Shown here piece by piece: positions 1 through 8,980 of a stretch of DNA of 44,993 nt. The stretch is taken from positions 3,100 through 48,092 of the forward strand of contig JBBTSY010000005.1 in the NCBI GenBank assembly GCA_038064515.1, read 5' to 3'. The stretch's first letter is position 1. Each line of letters opens with the position of its first letter. The notes beneath the pieces are model-generated. The model did not search any database, had not been told where the DNA came from, and was given only the letters and a program-made list of their open reading frames with translations. Both the position numbers and the translations under genes were made by a program. This DNA is from Patescibacteria group bacterium (lineage in GTDB: Bacteria; Patescibacteriota; Minisyncoccia; 2-02-FULL-40-12; GWA2-44-9).

Positions 1-160
1 GGGTTCCCTTGCCTGATCCCGGCGGCCCGATCAGAATTATGATTTGGTGTTGCATGCCCTTATTGTACCGAATTTTTATAAAAATGTAACTCAAAATGGT
101 ATCAGTTCTTCGGACTACCATATCTGCCTGAATTGAGTTTGTCTAAACAAACTTAATTTT

Positions 161-203
161 AAAAAAAAGGGGGGGGGCGGGTCGGCTGTTGCTTTCCCGC
201 CCC
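161..203 (-). terminator. Rho-independent terminator after ORF 217..456
   Basis: On the minus strand GGGGCGGG (203-196) pairs with CCCGCCCC (181-174). A C5 and U8 run follows, seen as the A8G9 tract at 161-177 on the plus strand. Confidence 0.6.
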
Positions 204-216
204 ACGGAACTTTTCC

Positions 217-456
217 CTAGTAGAACTTCCAGGCGCTTGTCCCATGCCCGCTTTTCTCCTCATCCACCAAGAGCTCGTGGATCAGGGCAAGGGCGTGCAC
301 CAGCTTGTAGAACGACTGCTTGCTCTTGAGCCACGGGATCAGCCGCTTGTCATCCCCTGTCTTGCCCAAAACCTTCTTTCCTTCGTTCTCAATCGAGATG
401 GTACGATCCTTCGGTCCATACCACCTGATGACGGTTCCCGGTCGGATCAACTGCAT
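217..456 (-). CDS. Hypothetical protein, 79 aa, in a GC-rich island
   Basis: ORF track only. No motif recognised. It is followed by a terminator. Confidence 0.35.
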   Translation of the reverse strand: MQLIRPGTVIRWYGPKDRTISIENEGKKVLGKTGDDKRLIPWLKSKQSFYKLVHALALIHELLVDEEKSGHGTSAWKFY

Positions 457-525
457 CTCCCACCCCCTCCAAACTTGCCAATCCTATCAACATTTCCGTA
501 AAAAGAAAAGCGCGAGGACAAAGCG

Positions 526-543
526 CCTGCCTGTGTAGGCAGG
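526..543. repeat. Variant copy of the CCTGCCTG..CAGGCAGG palindrome, nested in a longer hairpin (511-555)
   Basis: The sequence cctgcctgtgtaggcagg is flanked by cgcgagga and tcctcgcg. It lies between two minus-strand ORFs. Confidence 0.6.
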
Positions 544-580
544 TCATCCTCGCGCCTCGTGGTGGCCCATGGCAAGAGCC

Positions 581-1138
581 TCAGAAATGTTCCTTGAGAC
601 ATTCACCGCAGAGGTGACTGGTGGCCTTCGTGGGCGTTGAGCGGGTCGGCGGCTTGCCCTGCTTGTCCTCCGAAGCGTTCGCGGAGGAGGAAGCGGTGTC
701 GAAGGGCAGGCCCAGCTTGTAGACCTCCACTAGCTCATGGACCTTGCCGATTGCACTCTCGATGTTGAGCGGCGAGTGTAGTGCTACTTGCTCTCCGATG
801 TGGATGATCTCCCACATTGTCTCCAGCGCCATTTGCTTTTCCGTCTTCCCCTCCGGCCGCAGCCGGTGGAGTAACTCGACGACATCGCCTGGATGGAGCG
901 TCCACTGCTTCCCGGTGGTGTCATGGAGATAGGCAACCAGCCTATCTCCTTCCATCGGTAGCTCGCCAAGGATCACACCACGAACTTCGACCTCCACGTT
1001 CTCACGTAGAAGAACTTTGTCACCAGCCCGAAGCTTCCTGACAAACATGACTCTCACCTCTCCAAAGAACTCGGGCACCATTGCCCTTTCTGAAACTTCA
1101 ACACTTAATGTCATACCTTTTCTATCGCAGAAAGTCAA
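581..1138 (-). CDS. Hypothetical protein, up to 185 aa, start uncertain, in a GC-rich island
   Basis: Long ORF in a region visibly more GC-rich than the rest of the window. No recognisable motif. Confidence 0.4.
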   Translation of the reverse strand: MTFCDRKGMTLSVEVSERAMVPEFFGEVRVMFVRKLRAGDKVLLRENVEVEVRGVILGELPMEGDRLVAYLHDTTGKQWTLHPGDVVELLHRLRPEGKTEKQMALETMWEIIHIGEQVALHSPLNIESAIGKVHELVEVYKLGLPFDTASSSANASEDKQGKPPTRSTPTKATSHLCGECLKEHF

Positions 1139-1171
1139 GAATACAAATCTGTATCCCTTAGAGCTTTCCCA

Positions 1172-1210
1172 CTCAAAAAGCGAGCCCCACAGATTGCGGG
1201 GCTCGCTTTT
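1172..1210 (-). terminator. Rho-independent terminator directly after secY
   Basis: aaaagcgagcccc (1176-1188) pairs with ggggctcgctttt (1198-1210). On the minus strand the hairpin is followed by UUUUUGAG. Confidence 0.7.
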
Positions 1211-1233
1211 CAGCGCTAGAGTTCTAACCCAAC

Positions 1234-2493
1234 TTAGTATTCATACATGCTTAACTGCGCATCCACTTGTTTCATAACTTCCAGTGCTACCGACACAACG
1301 ATAAGAACAGAGGTGCCGCCAAGTGAAAAGGCTGAAATTCCGCTCAATCCCCGAACAATGTTTGGAAGAACGGCGATAAGGCCAAGGAAGAGCGCGCCGA
1401 CAAGCGTCACTTTGTTTAATAGATTATTAAGAAACGCAGCGGTCATCGGACCGGGACGAATACCCGGAATATAGCCGCCTTGTTTCTGAATATTTTCAGA
1501 GATTGATTTTGGATCAAATGAAATTGCGGTATAGAAATACGTAAACAGTACAACCAAGAAGAAGTACATAATCGAATACCAGACCTGGTTTTGAACAAAG
1601 TTATTTACGAGAGTGGCGACGCGAGCCAGGATAGGGATGCTAGATCCCGCAAGGAAGTTGGCGGCAATACCGGGAAATAAAAGCATTGAGAGCGCAAAAA
1701 TAATCGGAATAACACCGGCGTTGTTTACGCGCATGGGAAGATATGTAGAAACCCCGCCTATCATTTTCGATCCTCTAACGCGTCGCGCATAGGTAATGGG
1801 AATATTGCGTTGAGCTTCAGAAATATAGACGACACCGACAATAACCACCAGCGATACGAGAATAAATCCGATATAGGTTGTGATCTGATCGGGAGTATAG
1901 GTAAAGGCCGCCTGTTGAATTTGAGATGGAAATGCGGAAACGATACCGGCCAAAATAAGCAGTGAGACACCGTTGCCGAGATTCTTTTCGGTAATCAGTT
2001 CGCCGAGCCACATTAAGAAGACGCTACTGGCGATAATCACGGAAATCGAAACAATCCAGTCAATAGGACTTAGTGCGGTAATAAGGCCTTGCTGCATAAG
2101 GATCTTCAGGAAGCTAAAGCCTTGCAGGGCGGCAAGCGGCACCGTAAGCATACGGGAATATTGATTAAACTTTGCTCGGCCGGCTTCACCTTCGTACTTG
2201 TACAGCTGTTCCATTGAAGGAAAGATCATCGTTAACAACTGCATGATGATTGATGCCGTAATGTAAGGACCAAGGCCAAGCAACCCGATCGACAAACGAG
2301 ACAACGCGCCCCCAGTAAAGGCGCTTAAAAGTCCTAAGAGCTGATTATTGGCGAAGAATTCCTGCAAACGAGCCGCATCAAGAACCGACAAAGGAATATT
2401 TGAGACAACTCGCGACACCGCTAATAAAGCGAGAATAAAAAATACCTTACTGCGAAGCTCGGGTCTTTTGAAAAGTTGAAGAATTCTATTCAT
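1234..2493 (-). CDS. secY: Preprotein translocase subunit SecY
   Basis: 419-aa polytopic protein with typical SecY sequence, in the position after rplO. Confidence 0.95.
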   Translation of the reverse strand: MNRILQLFKRPELRSKVFFILALLAVSRVVSNIPLSVLDAARLQEFFANNQLLGLLSAFTGGALSRLSIGLLGLGPYITASIIMQLLTMIFPSMEQLYKYEGEAGRAKFNQYSRMLTVPLAALQGFSFLKILMQQGLITALSPIDWIVSISVIIASSVFLMWLGELITEKNLGNGVSLLILAGIVSAFPSQIQQAAFTYTPDQITTYIGFILVSLVVIVGVVYISEAQRNIPITYARRVRGSKMIGGVSTYLPMRVNNAGVIPIIFALSMLLFPGIAANFLAGSSIPILARVATLVNNFVQNQVWYSIMYFFLVVLFTYFYTAISFDPKSISENIQKQGGYIPGIRPGPMTAAFLNNLLNKVTLVGALFLGLIAVLPNIVRGLSGISAFSLGGTSVLIVVSVALEVMKQVDAQLSMYEY

Positions 2494-2498
2494 TAAAT

Positions 2499-2972
2499 CT
2501 ATTGAGCATCGCCCTTAATGCCGAGTTTTTCCCGTGCTGATTTCGAGAATATAATTTTGCCTTCGAATGTGAGTTTCTTTTTGAGATCGCCATTACCGAG
2601 AATTTTCACTCCCCGCTTCAATGATTGTACAATGCCGCGCTCTAAAAGCAATTCCGGAGTAATCGTATCGCCATTTGAAAAAGCATTGAGAGCGCCCAGG
2701 TTAATGATCGCGGGCTTTACGCGATGCATGGCATAAAAACGGTGTTTGCGGTGCGGACTGGAGTTGCCGGGTTTCTTGGAAGCACCGCGTTGCTTTGGAA
2801 ATAACTGCCAAAGTCGATTATCGCCGCCTCGAAATCCAGGCTTAACGCCTGCGCCGGAACGAGATTTTTGACCCTTGGTACCGCCACCAGAAGTCGTACC
2901 GCGCTTGCCGCCGCGGCCGACACGCTTTGTTCGTTGCTTTCGGGTCTTCGGTTTTAATTCATGAAGTTGCAT
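2499..2972 (-). CDS. rplO: 50S ribosomal protein L15
   Basis: N-terminal KRVGRGGKRGTTSGGGTKGQKSRSG motif and operon position. Confidence 0.95.
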   Translation of the reverse strand: MQLHELKPKTRKQRTKRVGRGGKRGTTSGGGTKGQKSRSGAGVKPGFRGGDNRLWQLFPKQRGASKKPGNSSPHRKHRFYAMHRVKPAIINLGALNAFSNGDTITPELLLERGIVQSLKRGVKILGNGDLKKKLTFEGKIIFSKSAREKLGIKGDAQ

Positions 2973-2973
2973 A

Positions 2974-3549
2974 TTATTTCTTTCGTAATTGTCTTAAAGC
3001 ATCCATGGTCGCCATAGCGATGTTGAGTTTATTATTTGTCCGCTCAACCAACTTTCCGGTTAAACTGGTGATGCCCGCCATGCGGGCTACGACACGAACA
3101 GGACCACCAGCCTTAATGCCGCCTTTCGACGGCTTCAAGATAACCGTGGCACTCGAATATTTAGCCGTGACTTGGTATGGAATGGTTCCATCTTTCGTAA
3201 GAATAGTAATCATATTTTTCTTCGCTTGATTGGTGGCCTTTTTAATGGACTGCTGAACATCTTTTCCTTTTGCGATGCCGACGCCAACTTTACCTTTATT
3301 GTCACCGATAACAATAGTTGTACGAAAACTAAATCGCTTACCGCCTTTTGTGACGCGAGTCACACGAGCAATGTCGATAGCCGCCGAATCGTATTCGGGC
3401 TTTTCAAACTTGCGAGGAGGACGATTACTGCGTCCACCGCGACCGCCGCCTCGACCGCCGCGAAATCCCCCTGGACGGTCTGTTCTCTGTTGGTCCGACA
3501 CTGGCGGCGGTGTCATTGGTACTATTGGTTGTTGAGCTGGAGTTTCCAT
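2974..3549 (-). CDS. rpsE: 30S ribosomal protein S5 with an N-terminal Pro/Gly/Arg-rich extension
   Basis: S5 core (VTRVTKGGKRFSFR, GIKAGGPVR) and operon position. No L30 gene lies between it and rplO. Confidence 0.95.
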   Translation of the reverse strand: METPAQQPIVPMTPPPVSDQQRTDRPGGFRGGRGGGRGGRSNRPPRKFEKPEYDSAAIDIARVTRVTKGGKRFSFRTTIVIGDNKGKVGVGIAKGKDVQQSIKKATNQAKKNMITILTKDGTIPYQVTAKYSSATVILKPSKGGIKAGGPVRVVARMAGITSLTGKLVERTNNKLNIAMATMDALRQLRKK

Positions 3550-3551
3550 AA

Positions 3552-3980
3552 TTATATTTTAATGCCGTTCTGGCGGAGCCCCTCGGCAACTGCTTTTACG
3601 CGACCGTGGTATTTAAATCCCCCGCGATCAAAAACCGCTTCCTTGATACCAAGACCTTTCATCTTGTCGGCCAATGTTTGCCCTAATGCATAGGCAGTTT
3701 TTTCTTTATGGCCCGCCTGCTCCGGCAAACCCTTAACTCCATCGACAATTCCGACGCTTTGGTCGGAGCCCCGGCCCTTCGGCGTCAGGACCGCTTTCAT
3801 CTTGGCATTGCCCATACCGACAAGAGTCTTATGGGTGACATCGTCAATGATCTGCACGTACATGCTTTTATTGCTTTTAAATACCGCAACGCGAGGCCGC
3901 TGAGCGGTTCCGGAGATTTCGGAGCGGACACGAGCGTGCCGCTTATTCCGAAGTAAAAGTTTTTGATTGAGGTTAGACAT
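3552..3980 (-). CDS. rplR: 50S ribosomal protein L18
   Basis: L18-like sequence (RPRVAVFKSNKSMYVQIIDD, FDRGGFKYHGRVKA) and synteny. Confidence 0.93.
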   Translation of the reverse strand: MSNLNQKLLLRNKRHARVRSEISGTAQRPRVAVFKSNKSMYVQIIDDVTHKTLVGMGNAKMKAVLTPKGRGSDQSVGIVDGVKGLPEQAGHKEKTAYALGQTLADKMKGLGIKEAVFDRGGFKYHGRVKAVAEGLRQNGIKI

Positions 3981-3984
3981 GGCG

Positions 3985-4542
3985 TTACGCAGTTGCGGCT
4001 TTCTTTCCAGCCTTTACTTTAATAACTTCGTCAGCATATTTTACGCCGTGGACCTTGTAAGGATCGGGAACTTTCATTTTTCGGATCTGGGCCGCGACAT
4101 AACCAACAAGCTCTTTATTGATACCGTTAATTTTGATGATGTTCTTCTCTACTTTAAAGGTAATCCCTTCGGGAGTCTTAAAGAGAATGGGGTGCGAGAA
4201 ACCAAGATTGAGCTCAAGATCCGTACCTTTTGGAACGGCTTTATAACCAACGCCGTTGAGTTCAAGAGTTTCTTCAAAGCCTTCGGCGACGCCAAGAATC
4301 ATGTTCCTTATCAGTGCGCGTTCAAGACCCCAGATTGATGTATGTGCCGGGTCTTTCTGGGTGGGCATGACCATGACCTTACCATCAGCAACAGAAACTG
4401 AAATCCCCTCGCTGATTGTGCGGTAAAGTTCTCCTTTTGGCCCCTTGACGGTAACCGTAAGTTTTTCCTGTCCGGTAGGCAGGTCGATTTTGAGGTCGAC
4501 GCCATTCGGAAGTATTATTGGTTTTTTGCCGATTTTGCTCAT
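3985..4542 (-). CDS. rplF: 50S ribosomal protein L6
   Basis: L6-like sequence (MSKIGKKPI, GVGYKA, PDPYK..G.KY) and synteny. Confidence 0.93.
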   Translation of the reverse strand: MSKIGKKPIILPNGVDLKIDLPTGQEKLTVTVKGPKGELYRTISEGISVSVADGKVMVMPTQKDPAHTSIWGLERALIRNMILGVAEGFEETLELNGVGYKAVPKGTDLELNLGFSHPILFKTPEGITFKVEKNIIKINGINKELVGYVAAQIRKMKVPDPYKVHGVKYADEVIKVKAGKKAATA

Positions 4543-4555
4543 ATCAAATATTCAC

Positions 4556-4954
4556 TTACCATATTTCAAATAATATTTCGCCGCCTAATCCCTGCTTACG
4601 TGCTTCCTTTGATGTCATGATACCTTTTGACGTGGAAATTACTGCTACGCCGAATCCAGACCGAACCGACTTAATCTCATCAGCTTTCACATACATATGA
4701 CGGGATGGTTTTGAAATCAATTTCAAACCGTTTATGGCGCCCTGACCATCAGTATACTTAAGTTCCACATCAAGGTAGTCATGTTCAGCTTTATGAGCTT
4801 TCTTTTTTTTCTTCTCAATATTTGCAAGATAGCCAGCTTCTTTTAAAATGGCAGCTATTTTTACTTTAATTTTCGAAGACGGTAAAACAATATGGTCGCG
4901 ATTGACCGCTTGGGCATTCTTTATTTGTGAAAGCATATCTGCTATTGGATCCAT
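4556..4954 (-). CDS. rpsH: 30S ribosomal protein S8
   Basis: DPIADMLSQIKNAQ N-terminus, GGEILFEIW C-terminus, and synteny. Confidence 0.95.
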   Translation of the reverse strand: MDPIADMLSQIKNAQAVNRDHIVLPSSKIKVKIAAILKEAGYLANIEKKKKKAHKAEHDYLDVELKYTDGQGAINGLKLISKPSRHMYVKADEIKSVRSGFGVAVISTSKGIMTSKEARKQGLGGEILFEIW

Positions 4955-5052
4955 GGTTTTAGTTTATAAAGTTGAAGGTTTTTAAAGTTTGTAAAGTTTT
5001 TTGAATTCCGACTTTATAACTTTATGAACTTGATGAACTTTTTACTCATTCA

Positions 5053-5238
5053 CTACCAGCTTGATTTCTTAATTCCCGGCAGTAAGCCATCAGTTGCTAA
5101 TTCTCTAAAGTGAATGCGACATAGGGCGAATTTACCAATGTATCCCCGCTTGCGGCCACACATAAAGCAACGACGAACAATACGACTGGAAAACTTTGGC
5201 TTCTTATTCGACCGGGCAATTGTTGATTTTTTTGGCAT
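5053..5238 (-). CDS. rpsN: 30S ribosomal protein S14, short type-Z form
   Basis: 61 aa with a CxxC..C motif, ending in PGIKKSSW. Synteny agrees. Confidence 0.92.
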   Translation of the reverse strand: MPKKSTIARSNKKPKFSSRIVRRCFMCGRKRGYIGKFALCRIHFRELATDGLLPGIKKSSW

Positions 5239-5241
5239 GTT

Positions 5242-5787
5242 TTAGCTTTTCTTCAGCGGAAACCCGAGTCTGCGCATAAGCGAAATGCCTTGTTCTCGGC
5301 TGTGGCTATTTTTGGTAACAACGGTAACCTGTAATCCGAAAATATCTTTCAGCGTCTCATAAGTAATTTCCGGAAAAATACTTTGTTCTCGGATTCCAAA
5401 ATTGAGATTACCCTTGGCATCAAAATTTTTAATATCAATGCCTCGAAAGTCTTTTGACATCGGTAAGGCAAGCGAGATCAATCGATCAAGGAAATCATAC
5501 ATGCGCTTACCGTGCAGGGTCACAGAATATCCAACCGTAACGCCCTCGCGAAGCTTGAAGCTAGACACTGATTTCTTTGCTTTTCGTCCAACCGCTTTCT
5601 GACCGGTTAAAAGCGCTAAATCGCGTTCGACTTTCTCAATAGCCTTATCGTCTTTCAAAATTCTGCCGATACCGGTGTTAATCACTACTTTATCGATTTT
5701 CGGTACGGCCATTACGTTTTTAATACCAAATTCTTTCTGCAAAGCAGGAACGGCGGTCTTTTTATATTGTTCGAATAAACGGGGCAT
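5242..5787 (-). CDS. rplE: 50S ribosomal protein L5
   Basis: L5-like sequence and synteny. Confidence 0.95.
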   Translation of the reverse strand: MPRLFEQYKKTAVPALQKEFGIKNVMAVPKIDKVVINTGIGRILKDDKAIEKVERDLALLTGQKAVGRKAKKSVSSFKLREGVTVGYSVTLHGKRMYDFLDRLISLALPMSKDFRGIDIKNFDAKGNLNFGIREQSIFPEITYETLKDIFGLQVTVVTKNSHSREQGISLMRRLGFPLKKS

Positions 5788-5830
5788 TGAACTTGTATAT
5801 TATACACGGAATCTGGTTTTTGGCTAGGAA

Positions 5831-6136
5831 CTATACTTCTGCTTTGCACTTTCGACAAATACGGACCTTGTTATCGCCATTTATTGAAAATCCGATTCTT
5901 GTCGGTTTGCCGCATGCTTTGCATACGATGGCTACGCGGGACATATTAATTAACCGTTCTCGGGAGATGACCTGGCCTTTCTGGCCTTGTTTGCGCCCGC
6001 GAATATGCCGCTTCACCATATTCAAGCCTTCCACCAAAACGGTGTTTTCAGCCGGGACGACTCTGGTAACCTTGCCAGTCTTACCTTTGTCGGGCCCGTT
6101 CAACATCATAATATTGTCGCCTTTATGAATTTTCAT
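5831..6136 (-). CDS. rplX: 50S ribosomal protein L24 with a C-terminal CxxC..CxxC ribbon
   Basis: KOW-type N-terminus (KGDNIMMLNGPDKGKTGKV) and synteny. Confidence 0.93.
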   Translation of the reverse strand: MKIHKGDNIMMLNGPDKGKTGKVTRVVPAENTVLVEGLNMVKRHIRGRKQGQKGQVISRERLINMSRVAIVCKACGKPTRIGFSINGDNKVRICRKCKAEV

Positions 6137-6140
6137 ATGG

Positions 6141-6506
6141 TTAGACTAATTCTTGGGCTAATGAGGCAATCGTCGCAAATCCTTTTTCCTTGATTTCCCG
6201 AGGAATCGGACCGAAGATACGACCGCCTTTTGGCTCTTTACCATCAAGAATTACAACTGCATTGTCATCAAAACGAATATAACTGCCGTCTTTGCGACGG
6301 AATGCTTGGCGCTGACGGACAACCACTGCTTTCAAGACATCTTTTTTCTTAACTGCCTTGCGTGGTTCTGCCACCTTCACCGAGATCACTACAATATCGC
6401 CGATTTGAGCGATTTTGCGTCGAGAACCGCCAAGCACCTTGAAAATACCGACCTTTTTTGCGCCAGAGTTATCTGCAACATTAACAATTGATCGTAGCTG
6501 TAGCAT
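6141..6506 (-). CDS. rplN: 50S ribosomal protein L14
   Basis: [19 protein letters not shown]-terminus and synteny. Confidence 0.96.
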   Translation of the reverse strand: MLQLRSIVNVADNSGAKKVGIFKVLGGSRRKIAQIGDIVVISVKVAEPRKAVKKKDVLKAVVVRQRQAFRRKDGSYIRFDDNAVVILDGKEPKGGRIFGPIPREIKEKGFATIASLAQELV

Positions 6507-6515
6507 GGTTAGATA

Positions 6516-6764
6516 TTAAACTTTAGATTCCACAACCCATTTCTTATCTTTCGAAATAGGCCGAGTTTCGCGAATCACTACTTTATCTCCAATGTGGTAT
6601 TGCTGTTCGGCATCATGGGCTTTGTACTTCGTGCTAACTTTAAATTGTTTTTTATACTTCGGGTGAAGCTTAAGCCGGGTAACCTCAACAACAACAGTTT
6701 TCATCATCTTGTCGGAAACGACGGTTCCCGTAAGCATCTTTCCTTTTAGTATTGGGTTATCCAT
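6516..6764 (-). CDS. rpsQ: 30S ribosomal protein S17
   Basis: S17-like sequence ([19 protein letters not shown]) and synteny. Confidence 0.93.
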   Translation of the reverse strand: MDNPILKGKMLTGTVVSDKMMKTVVVEVTRLKLHPKYKKQFKVSTKYKAHDAEQQYHIGDKVVIRETRPISKDKKWVVESKV

Positions 6765-6765
6765 A

Positions 6766-6957
6766 TTATTGATTGGTGCGTGATTTCAATGCGGTCAAAA
6801 TGCGCGCAACTTGAACTTTCGTTTTCTTTACTTGGCTAAAATCTTTCAATCTTTTTTCAGCTAAATCAAAGCGCAGTTGCAACATCTTCGTTTGCAACTC
6901 CTTCAGCATAGACTGAAGCTCATTCGTATTTTTATCTTTTAATTCTTGGAATTTCAT
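6766..6957 (-). CDS. rpmC: 50S ribosomal protein L29
   Basis: 63-aa helical protein ([17 protein letters not shown]) and synteny. Confidence 0.9.
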   Translation of the reverse strand: MKFQELKDKNTNELQSMLKELQTKMLQLRFDLAEKRLKDFSQVKKTKVQVARILTALKSRTNQ

Positions 6958-7365
6958 TTATGATCGTTTAATAATTCGGGTTTTGATTGGCAATTTATGG
7001 GCGCCCAATCGAAGCGCTTGGCGCGCGACTTCTTCGGGCAATCCATCAATCTCGAATAAAACACGGCCAGCCTCAACTGGTACCACGAAATGAGATAAGG
7101 GACCGCGGCCACCCCCAAGGCCAGTCTCACCGCTTTTGGCAGTTCTAGGCTTGTCGGGAAATACGCGAGTCCAGATCTTTCCGCCGCGCTGTACAAAACG
7201 TGTCATGGCGCGTTTGGCAGATTCAAGCTGATTGGCTTTCAGCCACAATGGTTCTTCAGCTTTTAAGCCAAAGCTGCCGAAGCTCAAAGTTGTACCGCGC
7301 GTGGCAACTCGGTGGATTCGGCCCTTATGCGTTTTCGTATGTTTTATTCGTGCTGGCTGAAACAT
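6958..7365 (-). CDS. rplP: 50S ribosomal protein L16
   Basis: L16-like sequence and synteny. Confidence 0.95.
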   Translation of the reverse strand: MFQPARIKHTKTHKGRIHRVATRGTTLSFGSFGLKAEEPLWLKANQLESAKRAMTRFVQRGGKIWTRVFPDKPRTAKSGETGLGGGRGPLSHFVVPVEAGRVLFEIDGLPEEVARQALRLGAHKLPIKTRIIKRS

Positions 7366-7374
7366 GGTGATAGA

Positions 7375-8022
7375 TTATTTAATATCTTTATCGAATACTT
7401 CGCCTTTATAAACCCAAACTTTGATGCCAATCGTGCCATACGTGGTAAGAGCGGTCTTTCGAGCGAAATCAATGTCAGCGCGTAATGTTTGTAATGGTAA
7501 GCTTCCATTTTCCAAATGTTCGGTACGAGCAATTTCCGCGCCATCAAGACGGCCGCTCAACTGGATTTTTGCGCCTTTTACGTCGCGACTCCCCACGATT
7601 TTAGCGAGAGTTTGCTTCATAATGCGTCGAAATGGGATGCGCTTCTCAATCTGATCCACAATTGATTCACCCATTATTGCGGCAGATGCTTCGGGACTCT
7701 TCACTTCTTGGATTTCAATACGGACCGCGATTTTATTCTTCAAAAGCTTCGTGACAGCATTTTTGAGATCTTCAATGCCGCTACCACCGCGACCGATAAT
7801 CAAGCCTGGTCGAGCCGTATATACGATGATGTTTAATGAATCAGTGCCCCGCTCGATATCGATACGATCAACCGCCATGTTTTTGAGCTTTTTCGTAAGA
7901 AAGGCGCGAACAGCAACATCGTCTTTGAGATATGCGGGATATTTTCGGCCGCCAAACCAACGGGATGCCCAATCCTTATGAATGCCGATACGTAATGAAA
8001 TTGGTGAAATTTTTTGTCCCAT
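7375..8022 (-). CDS. rpsC: 30S ribosomal protein S3
   Basis: MGQKISPISLRIG N-terminus, KH domain, and synteny. Confidence 0.96.
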   Translation of the reverse strand: MGQKISPISLRIGIHKDWASRWFGGRKYPAYLKDDVAVRAFLTKKLKNMAVDRIDIERGTDSLNIIVYTARPGLIIGRGGSGIEDLKNAVTKLLKNKIAVRIEIQEVKSPEASAAIMGESIVDQIEKRIPFRRIMKQTLAKIVGSRDVKGAKIQLSGRLDGAEIARTEHLENGSLPLQTLRADIDFARKTALTTYGTIGIKVWVYKGEVFDKDIK

Positions 8023-8024
8023 TA

Positions 8025-8522
8025 TTATATTGCTTTACGGCTGAATAGACGCTTGCGCTCTCCTTTTTCTTCTTTTCCTAATTCACGCTCAACCCCCGGT
8101 TTCTTGGCCTCTAGGGCTCTCTGCTCTTTATCTTTCTTTTCTTTTTCTTCCTTGGCTTTCTGTTCGGCTTTATCCCGCTTTAAACCGACTACGCGCTCGT
8201 CTAATACCAGGGTGATACGACTCGTCTTTTTTTGAATTTCAGTCGCGCGACCCTGCGCTCGGGGTAGATATCGCTTAAGCTTAACACCTTCATTAATAAT
8301 GAAATCTTTAATATATAAATTTTCAGCAACCATGCTGTAGGTATTTTCCGCGCTTGCAATGGCTGAACGGATTAATTTTGAGAGCGCTTCGGTGGGACGG
8401 AGGACAATGTGGTCAAGTTGATTAAGTGCAGCAAGTGCGTCTTTCTTTTTTAGCAAATTCACAACCGACCTCACTTTTCGTGGAGCAAGTCGGACGTTAT
8501 TAAGTTGTGCTCGGACTTCCAT
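8025..8522 (-). CDS. rplV: 50S ribosomal protein L22 with a Lys/Glu-rich C-terminal extension
   Basis: L22-like core and synteny. Confidence 0.93.
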   Translation of the reverse strand: MEVRAQLNNVRLAPRKVRSVVNLLKKKDALAALNQLDHIVLRPTEALSKLIRSAIASAENTYSMVAENLYIKDFIINEGVKLKRYLPRAQGRATEIQKKTSRITLVLDERVVGLKRDKAEQKAKEEKEKKDKEQRALEAKKPGVERELGKEEKGERKRLFSRKAI

Positions 8523-8584
8523 GATAATATTTTGTAATCCTACGTCGCCCTTGCGGACTCTTCAGGATAAGTATTTACTAATAC

Positions 8585-8962
8585 TCATTTTTTAGCTTCA
8601 GTTGCCACGGGAGCTGTCTCGGCCTTGGCGGCTTTCGCGGCATCCAATTCTTTCTGCCGCTGAGCAGCTTCTAGTTCCTTCTGCATGCGACCACCGTGAC
8701 GGGCAAACTTTCTCGTGTGCGAAAATTCGCCCAGTTTATGGCCAACCATATCTTCAGTCACAAAAACCTGGATATGGATCTTGCCATTATGAACGCCGAA
8801 AGTGTACCCTATCATCTCCGGCACAATCGTGCAATTACGCGCCCATGTCTTAATAACGGTTTTGCCTGCCTCGCTAGCAGGCAGGTTGCCCGCTTTTAGC
8901 TTGCCAACTTTTTGAAGCAGTTTTTCGTTGACGTATGGACCTTTTTTAAGACTTCGTGACAT
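8585..8962 (-). CDS. rpsS: 30S ribosomal protein S19 with an internal 7-aa palindrome-encoded insert and a C-terminal extension
   Basis: [11 protein letters not shown]-terminus and GHKLGEF motif. About 6 more residues before IKTW than in E. coli or B. subtilis S19, as I recall them. Confidence 0.95.
   Translation of the reverse strand: MSRSLKKGPYVNEKLLQKVGKLKAGNLPASEAGKTVIKTWARNCTIVPEMIGYTFGVHNGKIHIQVFVTEDMVGHKLGEFSHTRKFARHGGRMQKELEAAQRQKELDAAKAAKAETAPVATEAKK
8864..8885. repeat. CCTGCCT..AGGCAGG palindrome copy inside rpsS, in frame
   Basis: The sequence gcctgcctcgctagcaggcagg is read on the minus strand as CTG CCT GCT AGC GAG GCA GGC, giving LPASEAG. Confidence 0.75.
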
Positions 8963-8980
8963 ATGATATATTTTTGATAC

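Noticed and set aside
4467-4483. cctgtccggtaggcagg inside rplF encodes LPTGQE. L6 here has about 5 extra residues at that spot. It may be a decayed copy of the palindrome family.
   Set aside because: The left arm is degenerate and the match is short. I cannot distinguish it from chance without an ortholog alignment.
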